From a virus (taxonomy: Duplodnaviria > Caudoviricetes), in IMG/VR virus record IMGVR_UViG_3300030328_000938, positions 1 to 60,294 of that record: DNA of 60,294 bases; one strand, given 5' to 3'. The notes under the pieces were generated by a model. It saw nothing but the letters and a program-made list of their open reading frames with translations. It was not told where the DNA came from and made no database searches. A program made the translations under genes and the position numbers. Shown piece after piece: positions 18,670 to 27,960 of the stretch; within the stretch, counting starts at the first letter, position 1; each line of letters begins with the position of its first letter.

Positions 18670-18941
18670 TGACTATATTAGAGATGATGGAAAGAGCAAA
18701 TACTAGAGAAACGAATCTTTCTATTGCCTTTATTAAGGATGCAATAGCTAAAATTCAAAGTTCTAATGAAATTGTTTTAAAGGTTGATAAGCAAAATATC
18801 ACTAAAGACCAAAGAGATTATTATTTACCAGTTGATATTATAGCACTTGATAGTGTTTCAATACTTGATACTGAAGATGGTAATAAATATAAGAAGATTA
18901 GAAGAATAATGGATGACCCTGTTGTAACAGAGGATGTATAA
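18669..18941 (+). CDS. Putative head-tail adaptor / structural protein
   Basis: Position; coupled; DQRDYYLP motif. Confidence 0.5.
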   Translation: MTILEMMERANTRETNLSIAFIKDAIAKIQSSNEIVLKVDKQNITKDQRDYYLPVDIIALDSVSILDTEDGNKYKKIRRIMDDPVVTEDV

Positions 18942-19402
18942 TGAGTTGGGATACACAAAAGAATTATTTTTATAAGAGACATGGTAAGGTATTAAGACTT
19001 TATAGGTTAAGAAAGAACTCTCATAGGACAATAGATAATGAGGGAAGAGTCCCTCCTTCGTCAAATGATGATTTAATATACCCTGATGAAACCATTACTA
19101 ATGGTCTAAGAGTAGAATTTACTGCTCTAGTTAAGCCTTTTGTTCAACAAGACCCTGAGCAAACTGCATACGAAAGTTTAACAGAAATAGATAAACCAAC
19201 AGAATTAACTCATGTAAGTCTAAATAGGACTCTGTCCCTAGCAGTTGTTGAATATCTTAAGGCTATGTTCGCAGAGCGTAAGGGAGATATACAGGCAAAA
19301 GAGTACTTTATGAGAGAATTTTATAATAAATTAGCGGATAATGAAAGCAATCGAAATGATGTTTTCGTGGTAACGCCAATGTCACCATTCGCAGTAAAAT
19401 AG
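18941..19402 (+). CDS. Putative adaptor / structural protein
   Basis: Coupled; LAVVEYLKA helix resembles adaptor C-termini. Confidence 0.5.
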   Translation: MSWDTQKNYFYKRHGKVLRLYRLRKNSHRTIDNEGRVPPSSNDDLIYPDETITNGLRVEFTALVKPFVQQDPEQTAYESLTEIDKPTELTHVSLNRTLSLAVVEYLKAMFAERKGDIQAKEYFMREFYNKLADNESNRNDVFVVTPMSPFAVK

Positions 19403-19411
19403 GAGTAAAAT

Positions 19412-19927
19412 ATGGCAACAAGTATAAAAGCAAGGGTTGATGTAAGTGTCTCTCCCTATATGGAAATAACAGGAGCGGGTGGTAATCAACCTGATATAAC
19501 TACTGGATTGACTTCAGCCACTTTCCCAACAGGCTATTTTGGAGGTGGAAGCTACTTAGCAACCATAGACAATGATAATGATGTAGAGGCTGTAGCTTGT
19601 CACCAAACTTTAGAATCAAACGCAGGAAGTACATACACACAATTAAAGGCTGAAAATGATAATGGAGTCTTAATTATCAAGCATAGTGGTTTTACAAGTA
19701 GTGCAAAGTCTACCGCGGCAGATGCAGGTTCTAGTGTTTCAGTATATGTTAGGATAGCGTCTACTACTAATTATGCAAAAGTGTGTAGCTTGTCAGTAGC
19801 GAATAAGGATGTATTTGTAATACCTTTTACATCAAATGGTGCTAAACAATATTATGTGCAAAATGATAATGCAACGGCTTCCAAACCTGCTTATCTAGAA
19901 GCATTTTTAATTCATAGTGAAGAATAG
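19412..19927 (+). CDS. Putative structural protein
   Basis: AGGAG RBS; beta-rich composition. Confidence 0.55.
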   Translation: MATSIKARVDVSVSPYMEITGAGGNQPDITTGLTSATFPTGYFGGGSYLATIDNDNDVEAVACHQTLESNAGSTYTQLKAENDNGVLIIKHSGFTSSAKSTAADAGSSVSVYVRIASTTNYAKVCSLSVANKDVFVIPFTSNGAKQYYVQNDNATASKPAYLEAFLIHSEE

Positions 19928-19937
19928 GGAGTAATAT

Positions 19938-20174
19938 ATGCCTAAAAATATACAAGATTATACAATAGCTGAAAGTGTAGCTCCATACATTAAAGCAGTA
20001 GTAGCAACTGGTAATGACATGGATGCTTGTAGAGCAGTTCATATGAAGGGAACTTCTGCTGATGTTGCACTTACTATTGATGATGTAGCAGTCACTTTTC
20101 ATCTATTAAAAGGTCATACATATAAAATATGTGCGACAAAATCTAATTCAACAAGTGTAGTATTTTTATATTAA
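19938..20174 (+). CDS. Small structural (spike/decoration-like) protein
   Basis: ORF with RBS in the structural operon. Confidence 0.5.
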   Translation: MPKNIQDYTIAESVAPYIKAVVATGNDMDACRAVHMKGTSADVALTIDDVAVTFHLLKGHTYKICATKSNSTSVVFLY

Positions 20175-20567
20175 ATGATAACTAACGAAGCATATCAAGA
20201 CATTCAGATACTTCAGGATAGTGATTTTGAAAATGTAGTAACATTTGACTCATCTCACGATATGACAGGTAAATCATACAAGGCTTATATATCTAAGGAT
20301 TATGTGCCTACTGCTTTTACTGGTCCAAAATATGAGAGTAATTCTTGGTCATCGGCTAATGATGTAACTAGAATACCTTTGACAACTGTGGTATCAGGTC
20401 AAAGTGTAACAATATCATTGCCTGCTGAGGCTACTACATTTTTTACTGATGGATGGGAAGGAGTATGGGATTTATTAGAAAAAGATTCTGATAATACTTC
20501 TTACGCTAGACAATTACAAGGTGATGTCGTAGTTTCTAATTCAATAGCAAAGGTAAGTGATTTTTAA
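20175..20567 (+). CDS. Putative structural protein (BppU-like adaptor fold)
   Basis: ILQDSDF...GVWDL...RQLQGDVVV pattern. Confidence 0.5.
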   Translation: MITNEAYQDIQILQDSDFENVVTFDSSHDMTGKSYKAYISKDYVPTAFTGPKYESNSWSSANDVTRIPLTTVVSGQSVTISLPAEATTFFTDGWEGVWDLLEKDSDNTSYARQLQGDVVVSNSIAKVSDF

Positions 20568-20902
20568 TGGCAATTACCACAAAAGTAACAAATAATTCAG
20601 CAACCAAGACTTTTGGTACTCAGGTTGCTTCTAAGACGGCAGAAAGTTTTAGTATAAGTGCAAGTGAAATTCCTGTAACTCTAAGTTCTCAACCTGACAA
20701 AAAGAATGTACAAGATGCATTAGAAGCGATGGGAACAGGACAAGGAGTCACAGTTCAAATCAATGAACCATCAAGTCCAACAGAAGGAGACTTATGGTTT
20801 AAATCAAATACAGATACTCTTTTCGTAAGAGGAGATAATGCTTGGGCAGAAATAACTGATACTTCTGACCAAAACAATGTAGACGGGGGGACATTTACAT
20901 AA
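20567..20902 (+). CDS. Fibre-associated protein
   Basis: PSSPTEGDLWF knuckle motif; ends VDGGTFT. Confidence 0.6.
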   Translation: MAITTKVTNNSATKTFGTQVASKTAESFSISASEIPVTLSSQPDKKNVQDALEAMGTGQGVTVQINEPSSPTEGDLWFKSNTDTLFVRGDNAWAEITDTSDQNNVDGGTFT

Positions 20903-20921
20903 CTAGTAAAGGGCAATTAAT

Positions 20922-22022
20922 ATGGCTATTCAAATAAAAAGAAACGCTAACAACGCCTCGACAGACCTTCCGGGTTCACTGTTAAGTGGAGAAATGGCAC
21001 TTGTCCAAGCAGACAAGAAACTATTTATAGGTAGGCATAATAATTCTAGTGTGGAAGTATTCCACTTGTCGAGTTTGTTAGATTTAACAGGTGGTAATGG
21101 TGTAACTGCAACAGTCGCAAGTGGCTCAACTGATAATTCAGTCTCACTAGCAGTCGATGTAGCTGATTCAAATATATTCGGCTCAACTTCAGCGAAAGGT
21201 ATACTACAAGCCGACTCTGATGTATTTCAAGTCACATCAGGTGTAATTGACATCAAAGCAGATGCTATTGATGAAACTCACATAGATTGGGGAACTGGCT
21301 CAGGTCAAGTATCAAGTGCTGATGTTCCTGAAGAAACAAATTTATATTACACAAATGCAAGAGCAAGAGCTTCAGTATCGGCAACAGACTCAGGTGGTGA
21401 TGGTTCATTTGCTTACAATAGCTCAACAGGTGCTTTTACATACACTGGTCCATCAGCCGCGGAAGTCCGTGCCCACTTCTCAGGAGGTACAGGAGTAACA
21501 ATAACTAATGGTAGTGTTGCTATAGGTCAATCAGTAGCAAGTAGTGACTCTCCTCAGTTCGCAGGTTTAGATATTAATGGTAGTATGACTATCACAGGAG
21601 ACATTACTGGAGATAATGGCAACTTAACGGTTTCATCAAGTAGTGGTAATACTCTTGTAGAGGGAACAACTTTTAATGCAAATGATGTTACTATTGCAGG
21701 TAATTTAACTGTTCAAGGGACAACCACGACAGTTGAATCAAATACCGTTGTAATAGATGACCCTATATTTACATTAGGAGCTGTGAGTGGCGCAGCACCT
21801 TCATCAGATGACAATAAAGATAGAGGTATATTAGCACATTATCACGATGGCTCAAATGCTAAGACTGCTTTCTTTGGATATAATGACAACGACTCACGAT
21901 TTGTCTTTATCCCAGATGCTACTGAATCAAGTGGTGTAATGAGTGGTACTTTAGGACACGCTGAGTTTGCAGAGGTAACGGCTACAACATTTCATGGAAC
22001 TATTGATGGAGGCTCATTTTAA
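20922..22022 (+). CDS. Fibre protein
   Basis: MAIQIKR...GEMAL N-terminus, ETNLYYTNAR repeat, GNLTVQGTTTTV; ends IDGGSF. Confidence 0.75.
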   Translation: MAIQIKRNANNASTDLPGSLLSGEMALVQADKKLFIGRHNNSSVEVFHLSSLLDLTGGNGVTATVASGSTDNSVSLAVDVADSNIFGSTSAKGILQADSDVFQVTSGVIDIKADAIDETHIDWGTGSGQVSSADVPEETNLYYTNARARASVSATDSGGDGSFAYNSSTGAFTYTGPSAAEVRAHFSGGTGVTITNGSVAIGQSVASSDSPQFAGLDINGSMTITGDITGDNGNLTVSSSSGNTLVEGTTFNANDVTIAGNLTVQGTTTTVESNTVVIDDPIFTLGAVSGAAPSSDDNKDRGILAHYHDGSNAKTAFFGYNDNDSRFVFIPDATESSGVMSGTLGHAEFAEVTATTFHGTIDGGSF

Positions 22023-22393
22023 TGGCAACCATTAAACATTATCGCTCAGGTACGGAAAATGCAACTCCAACGGCAGGTAATCTAGACCACGGAGTATTAG
22101 CTATCAATTATAATGATGGAAAAATATTCTATAAAAATGCTAGTAACACCGTTTCTGAGTTTAGTAGTGCAGGTACTTTATCTAGCCAAACTAGTGATAG
22201 TAATGGTTGGTTGCAATTTGCATCTACTGGTGCAGTTTCAAGTGGTTCTTTGTTAAAAATAAAAAATCAAAGTGATGAGAAATTTGCAGTAGAATATGAT
22301 GGTCAATTACAATTAGCATCAGTTAGTAGTAAGGGGACTGCCGGAACTGGAAAGTTTGTTTTCGATGGCACAAACCTTTATATAGGAGTCTAG
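22022..22393 (+). CDS. Short fibre protein
   Basis: GVLAINYNDGKIFYK N-terminal motif; ends FDGTNLYIGV. Confidence 0.65.
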   Translation: MATIKHYRSGTENATPTAGNLDHGVLAINYNDGKIFYKNASNTVSEFSSAGTLSSQTSDSNGWLQFASTGAVSSGSLLKIKNQSDEKFAVEYDGQLQLASVSSKGTAGTGKFVFDGTNLYIGV

Positions 22394-22414
22394 TAATGAG
22401 AAAAGGAGAGACAT

Positions 22415-22615
22415 ATGTCTTTAATAGAAAAGATAACAAAGGTTAATGAATATCCTAAACATACAAATAATTTATCGCCAAAGGAGATTGGTTTCTTGAT
22501 TAATATGATTGAAGAAATGGCTATCTCAGGCAAAGTACTTGAACTTGCATATTCTGTCAAGACTAAATTACAGGGCAAGTTAAATCAAATCGCAAATAAA
22601 ACAGAGGAGTTTTAA
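22415..22615 (+). CDS. Small helical protein (possible fibre chaperone)
   Basis: AAGGAG RBS; similar to 23821-23991. Confidence 0.55.
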   Translation: MSLIEKITKVNEYPKHTNNLSPKEIGFLINMIEEMAISGKVLELAYSVKTKLQGKLNQIANKTEEF

Positions 22616-23803
22616 ATGGCAACATGGAAAAGAGTCCTGACAGATGCAGACATTGGAACTAATGTCAATGGTCAAATAGGGACAGATACCGACTTAGATA
22701 CATCTACTGCTGAAGTAGTAGACCAGATTAATGTAACTGATGGTGTAATATCATCAATGAGTAAGAGAACCCTTACTCTTGCAAACTTAGGGTACACAGG
22801 AGCGACTAACGCTAATGCCTATACTCACCCTACTTTTGATGGAGATGATATTAACATCGACACAGGTGCTTTAACAGGTCAAACAGTAATATCTGATTTA
22901 GATTTCAATGTTACAACAAATGGCGATGGTCATGTTACAGACGCTAACGCTAGTATCGCTACTAGAGAGTTAACATTATCTGACTTAGGTTATACGGGTG
23001 CAACCAACGCTCAAGCGGGTACGGTTACATCAGTAGGCTCAGGAACTGGATTGACTGGAACAGTTACAGGAAGTGGAAGCATTAGTCTTAATTTTGGTGC
23101 TTTAGGAACTGTTACTACTTGGCAAAAAGGTGATGCTAGTAATGACTTAGATTCTCTTATAGTATATGATGACTCAGCAGGTGCAGCGAAACAAGCCTTT
23201 TTTGGAGACATTCCAGTATCAATGTTTAACAATGATGCAAACTATGGCGTAGGTTCAGGTGACATCACAGGAGTAACAATTACAACTGACACAGGTGGTG
23301 CTTCTAAGATGAATGACACTGGTGGAAGTGCTGATTTTACAATAGTCGGTGGTGGTGGAGTAGGTGTAACTAATCTTGGTAATACTGCAACCGTTGCAGT
23401 TGATACTTCAGTAGTAAGAACATCAGGAACTCAAACTATAGCAGGTAACAAATCATTTTCAAATAATGTAGTTATAAGTGGTAACTTAACAGTTAGTGGA
23501 ACTTCAACATCGATAAATACTGAAACCATTGAATTGGCTGATAACAATATCGTATTAAATAGTAACGCTTCAGGTACTCCTAGTGAGGATTGTGGTATTA
23601 CTGTTGAAAGAGGTAGTAGTTCTAATGTAGAATTACATTGGGATGAAAGTGAAGACTATTGGGCAATCAAAGGTACAGGTGTTACTGCAAGAGTAATGGA
23701 AGCACAAGTCGCAAGTGGTGTACCAAGTGGTGATGCAAATGGTGTTGGTTCTTTTTACATGAACTCAGGGAGTAGTCACGACTTATACATAAGAACAGCG
23801 TAA
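22616..23803 (+). CDS. Fibre protein
   Basis: MATWKRVLT start; internal repeat LTLANLGYTGATNA/LTLSDLGYTGATNA; GNLTVSGT domain. Confidence 0.75.
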   Translation: MATWKRVLTDADIGTNVNGQIGTDTDLDTSTAEVVDQINVTDGVISSMSKRTLTLANLGYTGATNANAYTHPTFDGDDINIDTGALTGQTVISDLDFNVTTNGDGHVTDANASIATRELTLSDLGYTGATNAQAGTVTSVGSGTGLTGTVTGSGSISLNFGALGTVTTWQKGDASNDLDSLIVYDDSAGAAKQAFFGDIPVSMFNNDANYGVGSGDITGVTITTDTGGASKMNDTGGSADFTIVGGGGVGVTNLGNTATVAVDTSVVRTSGTQTIAGNKSFSNNVVISGNLTVSGTSTSINTETIELADNNIVLNSNASGTPSEDCGITVERGSSSNVELHWDESEDYWAIKGTGVTARVMEAQVASGVPSGDANGVGSFYMNSGSSHDLYIRTA

Positions 23804-23820
23804 AATAAAAAGGAGGGGAA

Positions 23821-23991
23821 ATGAAGAAGAAGTTAGAGGCAAGTGAATGGATGTTCATAATCAAATCTTTACAAGCAATTAGCATAACAGGAAAAGATGC
23901 TAGAGGATTTGTAAACATATTAGATAAAGTAGAACACCAATGCCAACTTTCAATCGAAAGAGAAAATAAAGAAGCACAAGGTAAAGAGTAA
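23821..23991 (+). CDS. Small helical protein (56 aa, possible fibre chaperone)
   Basis: Hand translation MKKKLEASEWMFIIKSLQAISITGKDARGFVNILDKVEH...; AGGAGG RBS; TAATG-coupled. Confidence 0.65.
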   Translation: MKKKLEASEWMFIIKSLQAISITGKDARGFVNILDKVEHQCQLSIERENKEAQGKE

Positions 23992-25142
23992 TGGCAACAT
24001 GGAAAAAAATACTTACTAAGGGTTCGAGTAATGAGATTACTTCAACCGAGTTAGCAAGTGGATGTATAGACCATCCTTCTTTTCTAGCTTCTAATGTTGT
24101 AGGTGCTGACGCGATAGACGCTAACGCAGTTGGAGCATCTGAATTAAAAGTAAGTGGGAATGGTAGTAGTTCTCAGTTTTTAAGGTCTGATGGAGATGGA
24201 ACATTTACTTGGGCAACTCCTAGTAATGATAATACAACTTATAGTTTATCAGCGGGAGATAATTCACCTGCAGCGTATGTTACTTTAACTCCAAGTTCAG
24301 GTTCTGCACAAAATGTAGAACTTACTGAAGGAGATTTGCATTATTCAGTAAGTGGTAATAGTATTACTGCGAGTATCGCAGGTAATGCAATAGGCTCATC
24401 TGAGATTGCTAGTGGAGCAGTTGGATTATCTGAAATGGCAGATGACTCAGTTAGGTCAGATGAATTAGATACTTCAAATACACCTACTAGTGGCTACTTT
24501 CTACAATTTGCACCAACATCAACTGGAATCCATTGGATGCCAATTAATAATGGAGTTTGGAGTGGAACAGATTTAGCAATAACTAATGGTGGTACTGGTG
24601 CTTCTTCTGCTATAGACGCTAGAACTAATCTTGGTTTAGGAGGAATGGCAACAAAAGATGAAATCAAATTTATTTTATTCCAAAAAAGTGCAAGATTCTA
24701 TCTAAAGTATGGTAATTATTATGTTCCTTCAACATCATACGGACCAGATTATTACCAATACTCTCAAACTTTTAGTTCTACGAGTCCGACTACTGCTTGG
24801 TTAGCAACTTATCATCCTATGATATATGTACCTTTTACTTGTACAATAGAACAAGTTTATATGACTGGATATATAACTAATACTGAAACCGTACAAATGT
24901 CCTTAATGAAAGGCACTCCTAGTTGGAATGGTACTGGTACTACAACATTGACTGCTCATTCATGTATTAATACTTCGTTTACAACAGGTCAAATAACTAG
25001 AAGAGGAGCGAGTAATTTAAATCTTTCTTGTGCTAAAGGAGATATACTAGTGCCTACTTGGAGAAAATCCACAAATACCTTTTCAAGTACTACGAGGTAC
25101 TTTTATGGTAATTTAGTTATAACGGCAAAGAAAAACGCTTAG
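23991..25142 (+). CDS. Fibre / receptor-binding-like protein
   Basis: MATWKKILT start; NAVGASEL repeats; GGTGASSAIDARTNLGLG motif; globular C-terminus. Confidence 0.75.
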   Translation: MATWKKILTKGSSNEITSTELASGCIDHPSFLASNVVGADAIDANAVGASELKVSGNGSSSQFLRSDGDGTFTWATPSNDNTTYSLSAGDNSPAAYVTLTPSSGSAQNVELTEGDLHYSVSGNSITASIAGNAIGSSEIASGAVGLSEMADDSVRSDELDTSNTPTSGYFLQFAPTSTGIHWMPINNGVWSGTDLAITNGGTGASSAIDARTNLGLGGMATKDEIKFILFQKSARFYLKYGNYYVPSTSYGPDYYQYSQTFSSTSPTTAWLATYHPMIYVPFTCTIEQVYMTGYITNTETVQMSLMKGTPSWNGTGTTTLTAHSCINTSFTTGQITRRGASNLNLSCAKGDILVPTWRKSTNTFSSTTRYFYGNLVITAKKNA

Positions 25143-25152
25143 GAGTTATTAA

Positions 25153-26013
25153 ATGGCTAGACCTACAAAATTTTCAGGAATAAAGAAATCATCTATTAGT
25201 GAAATAGCAGATACCGATATAGAAAATAAGATTACTGAGTTTGAGTCTTTTAGAAGTAAGCACGATGACGACTATGTTACTGCTTTAGTACATAAGTTAA
25301 TGACAAAATGCGATGAGATTGTAGATGATGTAGATACTATTTCATTGACACCCGGTCCAAAGGGAGATACTGGAAATACTGGTGCAAAAGGCGATACTGG
25401 AAGTCAAGGAATACAAGGAATACAAGGACCAGCAGGTGCTAAGGGCGACACTGGTGATACAGGCGCGGCAGGTTCAGATGGTTCAAATGGTTCACAAGGT
25501 ATTCAAGGAGTTAAGGGAGACAAGGGAGATACTGGCGATACTGGTCCACAAGGTGCTACCGGTCCACAGGGAGCGACTGGTGCTACAGGTGCTGCGGGAG
25601 CAGACGGAAGTGATGGTTCTGATGGTGCTGATGGCTCTGATGGTGCAACTGGTGCGACTGGTCCACAAGGAGCTACTGGCTCACAAGGTCCGAAGGGTGA
25701 TAAAGGAGATACTGGAGATACAGGTGCCGCAGGTTCTAATGGAACTAATGGTACTAATGGTAGCAATGGTGCAAAAGGGGACAAAGGAGATAAAGGAGAC
25801 ACGGGTGCTACGGGAGCAACTGGTCCTCAAGGTGCAACTGGTCCCGCCGGAGCTGATGGAGCAGACGGAGCTGATGGCTCAGATGCCTCGGTAAGTGGTT
25901 ACTCAGGAAAGCTAACAGTTGTTGTATCAGCAAGTTATAGTAGTAAAACTGGATTAAGCACCACTACAAAAGAATTAACAATAGCCAATGGCTTAATATC
26001 AGGTATTAAATAA
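25153..26013 (+). CDS. Collagen-like (Gly-X-Y) fibre protein
   Basis: Uninterrupted Gly-X-Y run at ~25354-25884. Confidence 0.9.
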   Translation: MARPTKFSGIKKSSISEIADTDIENKITEFESFRSKHDDDYVTALVHKLMTKCDEIVDDVDTISLTPGPKGDTGNTGAKGDTGSQGIQGIQGPAGAKGDTGDTGAAGSDGSNGSQGIQGVKGDKGDTGDTGPQGATGPQGATGATGAAGADGSDGSDGADGSDGATGATGPQGATGSQGPKGDKGDTGDTGAAGSNGTNGTNGSNGAKGDKGDKGDTGATGATGPQGATGPAGADGADGADGSDASVSGYSGKLTVVVSASYSSKTGLSTTTKELTIANGLISGIK

Positions 26014-26032
26014 AGGAGTAGGGAGATAAATT

Positions 26033-26242
26033 ATGGCAACACATAAAGTAAAATCAGGTCAAGATGGTATTGACTGGAAAGATAAAGTAATCACTAGAGG
26101 GGATTCATCTGAAGAGGAATTAACTTATAATCAAGTTGAGGAACAATTAAACCAAGAAAAAGTATGGTTGAAGATGAATCAGGATAAGATTAAAGATTTA
26201 GAAGAAAAATTAAAAAGAATACAAGCAGTAGCAGATAAGTAA
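26033..26242 (+). CDS. Hypothetical coiled-coil protein
   Basis: ORF with RBS. Confidence 0.6.
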   Translation: MATHKVKSGQDGIDWKDKVITRGDSSEEELTYNQVEEQLNQEKVWLKMNQDKIKDLEEKLKRIQAVADK

Positions 26243-26247
26243 GGATA

Positions 26248-26517
26248 ATGGCACACAAGAAGGATGAAACAGCACTAAGAGATATAGGAATAATAATTGG
26301 AATATTCGTAGTCCTATTTTTCTTATTAGTACCACTAGGGTGTTCTGGTTGGTCAATCATGGGTTACGACATATCGCCTAATGATAGCACCTCAGTAGCA
26401 ATCATAGACCAAGATAGTATAATTCATAGATATTTACACCCAGTATTAATCTTAGAAGATAACTGGTGTGAAGAGCATAAGATTTGGGAAAGAGTCGAAA
26501 GGTTGGTAGGTGAGTGA
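26248..26517 (+). CDS. Putative lipoprotein
   Basis: Hydrophobic stretch followed by lipobox-like PLGC. Confidence 0.55.
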   Translation: MAHKKDETALRDIGIIIGIFVVLFFLLVPLGCSGWSIMGYDISPNDSTSVAIIDQDSIIHRYLHPVLILEDNWCEEHKIWERVERLVGE

Positions 26518-26812
26518 GCAAGACAAACCTAAGACGGCAAGGAGCTATCGTGGAACTATGGTCGATGACAACGCTGTTATATCTATCAATATTAAGTGGC
26601 TTATCCAGATGTTTGTGGCTCTCGGTGGACTTATTTATTCGTACTATCAAGTTATCACGAGGATTGACGACCTTGAACGAAGACTTAATGAGGCTGATAC
26701 CACAATTACAGAACTTGTCGAAAAACATATAAAAGAAGAAGAGGAGAGATTTACAGAAATGGAAGAGGAACTGAAATGGCATCAGAAACTCTTAAAAAAG
26801 AAGAAGAAATGA
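26510..26812 (+). CDS. Membrane-anchored coiled-coil protein
   Basis: One TM segment followed by heptads. Confidence 0.6.
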   Translation: MSEQDKPKTARSYRGTMVDDNAVISINIKWLIQMFVALGGLIYSYYQVITRIDDLERRLNEADTTITELVEKHIKEEEERFTEMEEELKWHQKLLKKKKK

Positions 26813-26813
26813 T

Positions 26814-27131
26814 ATGGAAGAATTTTTAGCACTATACTCAGAAGCAGGAATGATAGGCGTTGTTGGAGCAATGTTTGTCTTCATGGTATATCAAAATGCA
26901 AAACGAGCAGAGAGACAAGAAGAAGCTCTTGCATCTCTTAAGGTAGAAAACGAGGGACAGTCAAAAGATTTAGAGAATATTGAATCTATTGTGCTTAAAT
27001 TCTTAGATAGATGGAACAGGTCTGATGAGACACGAGACAGAAGGCACGAAGAAATGGTAAGAGAAATTAATGACCTAAGTGATGTTCTAATGGAAATCAA
27101 AGGGTCTGTATCTAGAATAAATGGAAAGTAA
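26814..27131 (+). CDS. Membrane-anchored coiled-coil protein (holin/spanin-like)
   Basis: N-terminal TM segment, coiled coil, ends RING. Confidence 0.55.
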   Translation: MEEFLALYSEAGMIGVVGAMFVFMVYQNAKRAERQEEALASLKVENEGQSKDLENIESIVLKFLDRWNRSDETRDRRHEEMVREINDLSDVLMEIKGSVSRINGK

Positions 27132-27142
27132 AGGAGAGTAAA

Positions 27143-27325
27143 ATGAAACAAGATAAATCAAAAGATGAACTAAAACAAGTAGAAGCAAGGGATATAAACC
27201 TAGATGAGCAAATGAAACAGATAGAAACACAAATTGCTGAATTAAGAGGTGTACATAATTACTTGAAATCTCTACAATCAAATGGTGCATCTGTTGTAAT
27301 GAAAGTAGAAGATGACAAGAAATAA
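27143..27325 (+). CDS. Small coiled-coil protein
   Basis: AAGGAG RBS. Confidence 0.55.
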   Translation: MKQDKSKDELKQVEARDINLDEQMKQIETQIAELRGVHNYLKSLQSNGASVVMKVEDDKK

Positions 27326-27548
27326 AGACTGCGAATGGTGTACTAATGTTCAGCAAACTCTTGGAGAGTTGAACGCTCACCACAAGAATATATATCATCA
27401 TATTAAAAGAATCGATGACCACCTTCGAGGTATCAATGGTTCTGTTCATAGGCATGATGTTATATTGTCTAAATGGAAAGGCATTTCTATTGGAGTAATT
27501 GGAATGTCTACTGCTATCTCTACAGTTATTAGTTATCTTATTAAATAG
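27312..27548 (+). CDS. Coiled-coil protein with a C-terminal TM segment (XhlA/holin-like)
   Basis: HLRGINGSV followed by a hydrophobic tail. Confidence 0.55.
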   Translation: MTRNKDCEWCTNVQQTLGELNAHHKNIYHHIKRIDDHLRGINGSVHRHDVILSKWKGISIGVIGMSTAISTVISYLIK

Positions 27549-27556
27549 GAGTGAAT

Positions 27557-27718
27557 ATGGATATTTCACAATGGTTAATGGAAAACTGGGAGTATGTAGC
27601 TATCGCTATTCTTCTGCTAGATAAAGCAGTAGCACTTTCTCCAATGAAACAAGATGACCTAATCTGGGCATCTGTAAAAGGTGCAATAATGAAACTAGCA
27701 GGAAAGGATAAGAAGTAA
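27557..27718 (+). CDS. Small membrane protein (53 aa)
   Basis: Hand translation MDISQWLMENWEYVAIAILLLDKAVALSPMKQDDLIW...; AGGAG RBS. Confidence 0.65.
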   Translation: MDISQWLMENWEYVAIAILLLDKAVALSPMKQDDLIWASVKGAIMKLAGKDKK

Positions 27719-27957
27719 TGATAAGCTCATATAAACTACTTGGTAAATTTATCAAGAGACAAAAGCATAATGTTGGAATTGCTAAAGCAGTTGTAGATTT
27801 TGCTAAGTTCGCGGCTAAACTAACTCCTTCTAAGAAAGATGATAAGTTCGTTGCAGACTTAGAGAAGTTCGTTATGAAAGCAGATAAATCAGTTTCTAAA
27901 GCATCTTCAGTTAAAAAAGAAGTTGATGATGTTGTTAAAGCAGTTAAAAAGAAGTAA
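27718..27957 (+). CDS. Small basic protein
   Basis: LTPSKKDD motif, similar to LSPMKQDD of the preceding gene; coupled. Confidence 0.6.
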   Translation: MISSYKLLGKFIKRQKHNVGIAKAVVDFAKFAAKLTPSKKDDKFVADLEKFVMKADKSVSKASSVKKEVDDVVKAVKKK

Positions 27958-27960
27958 TAA

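Noticed and set aside
25382-25894. Alternative-frame and antisense ORFs over the collagen gene (also 25503-25802)
   Set aside because: By-products of Gly-X-Y codon periodicity.
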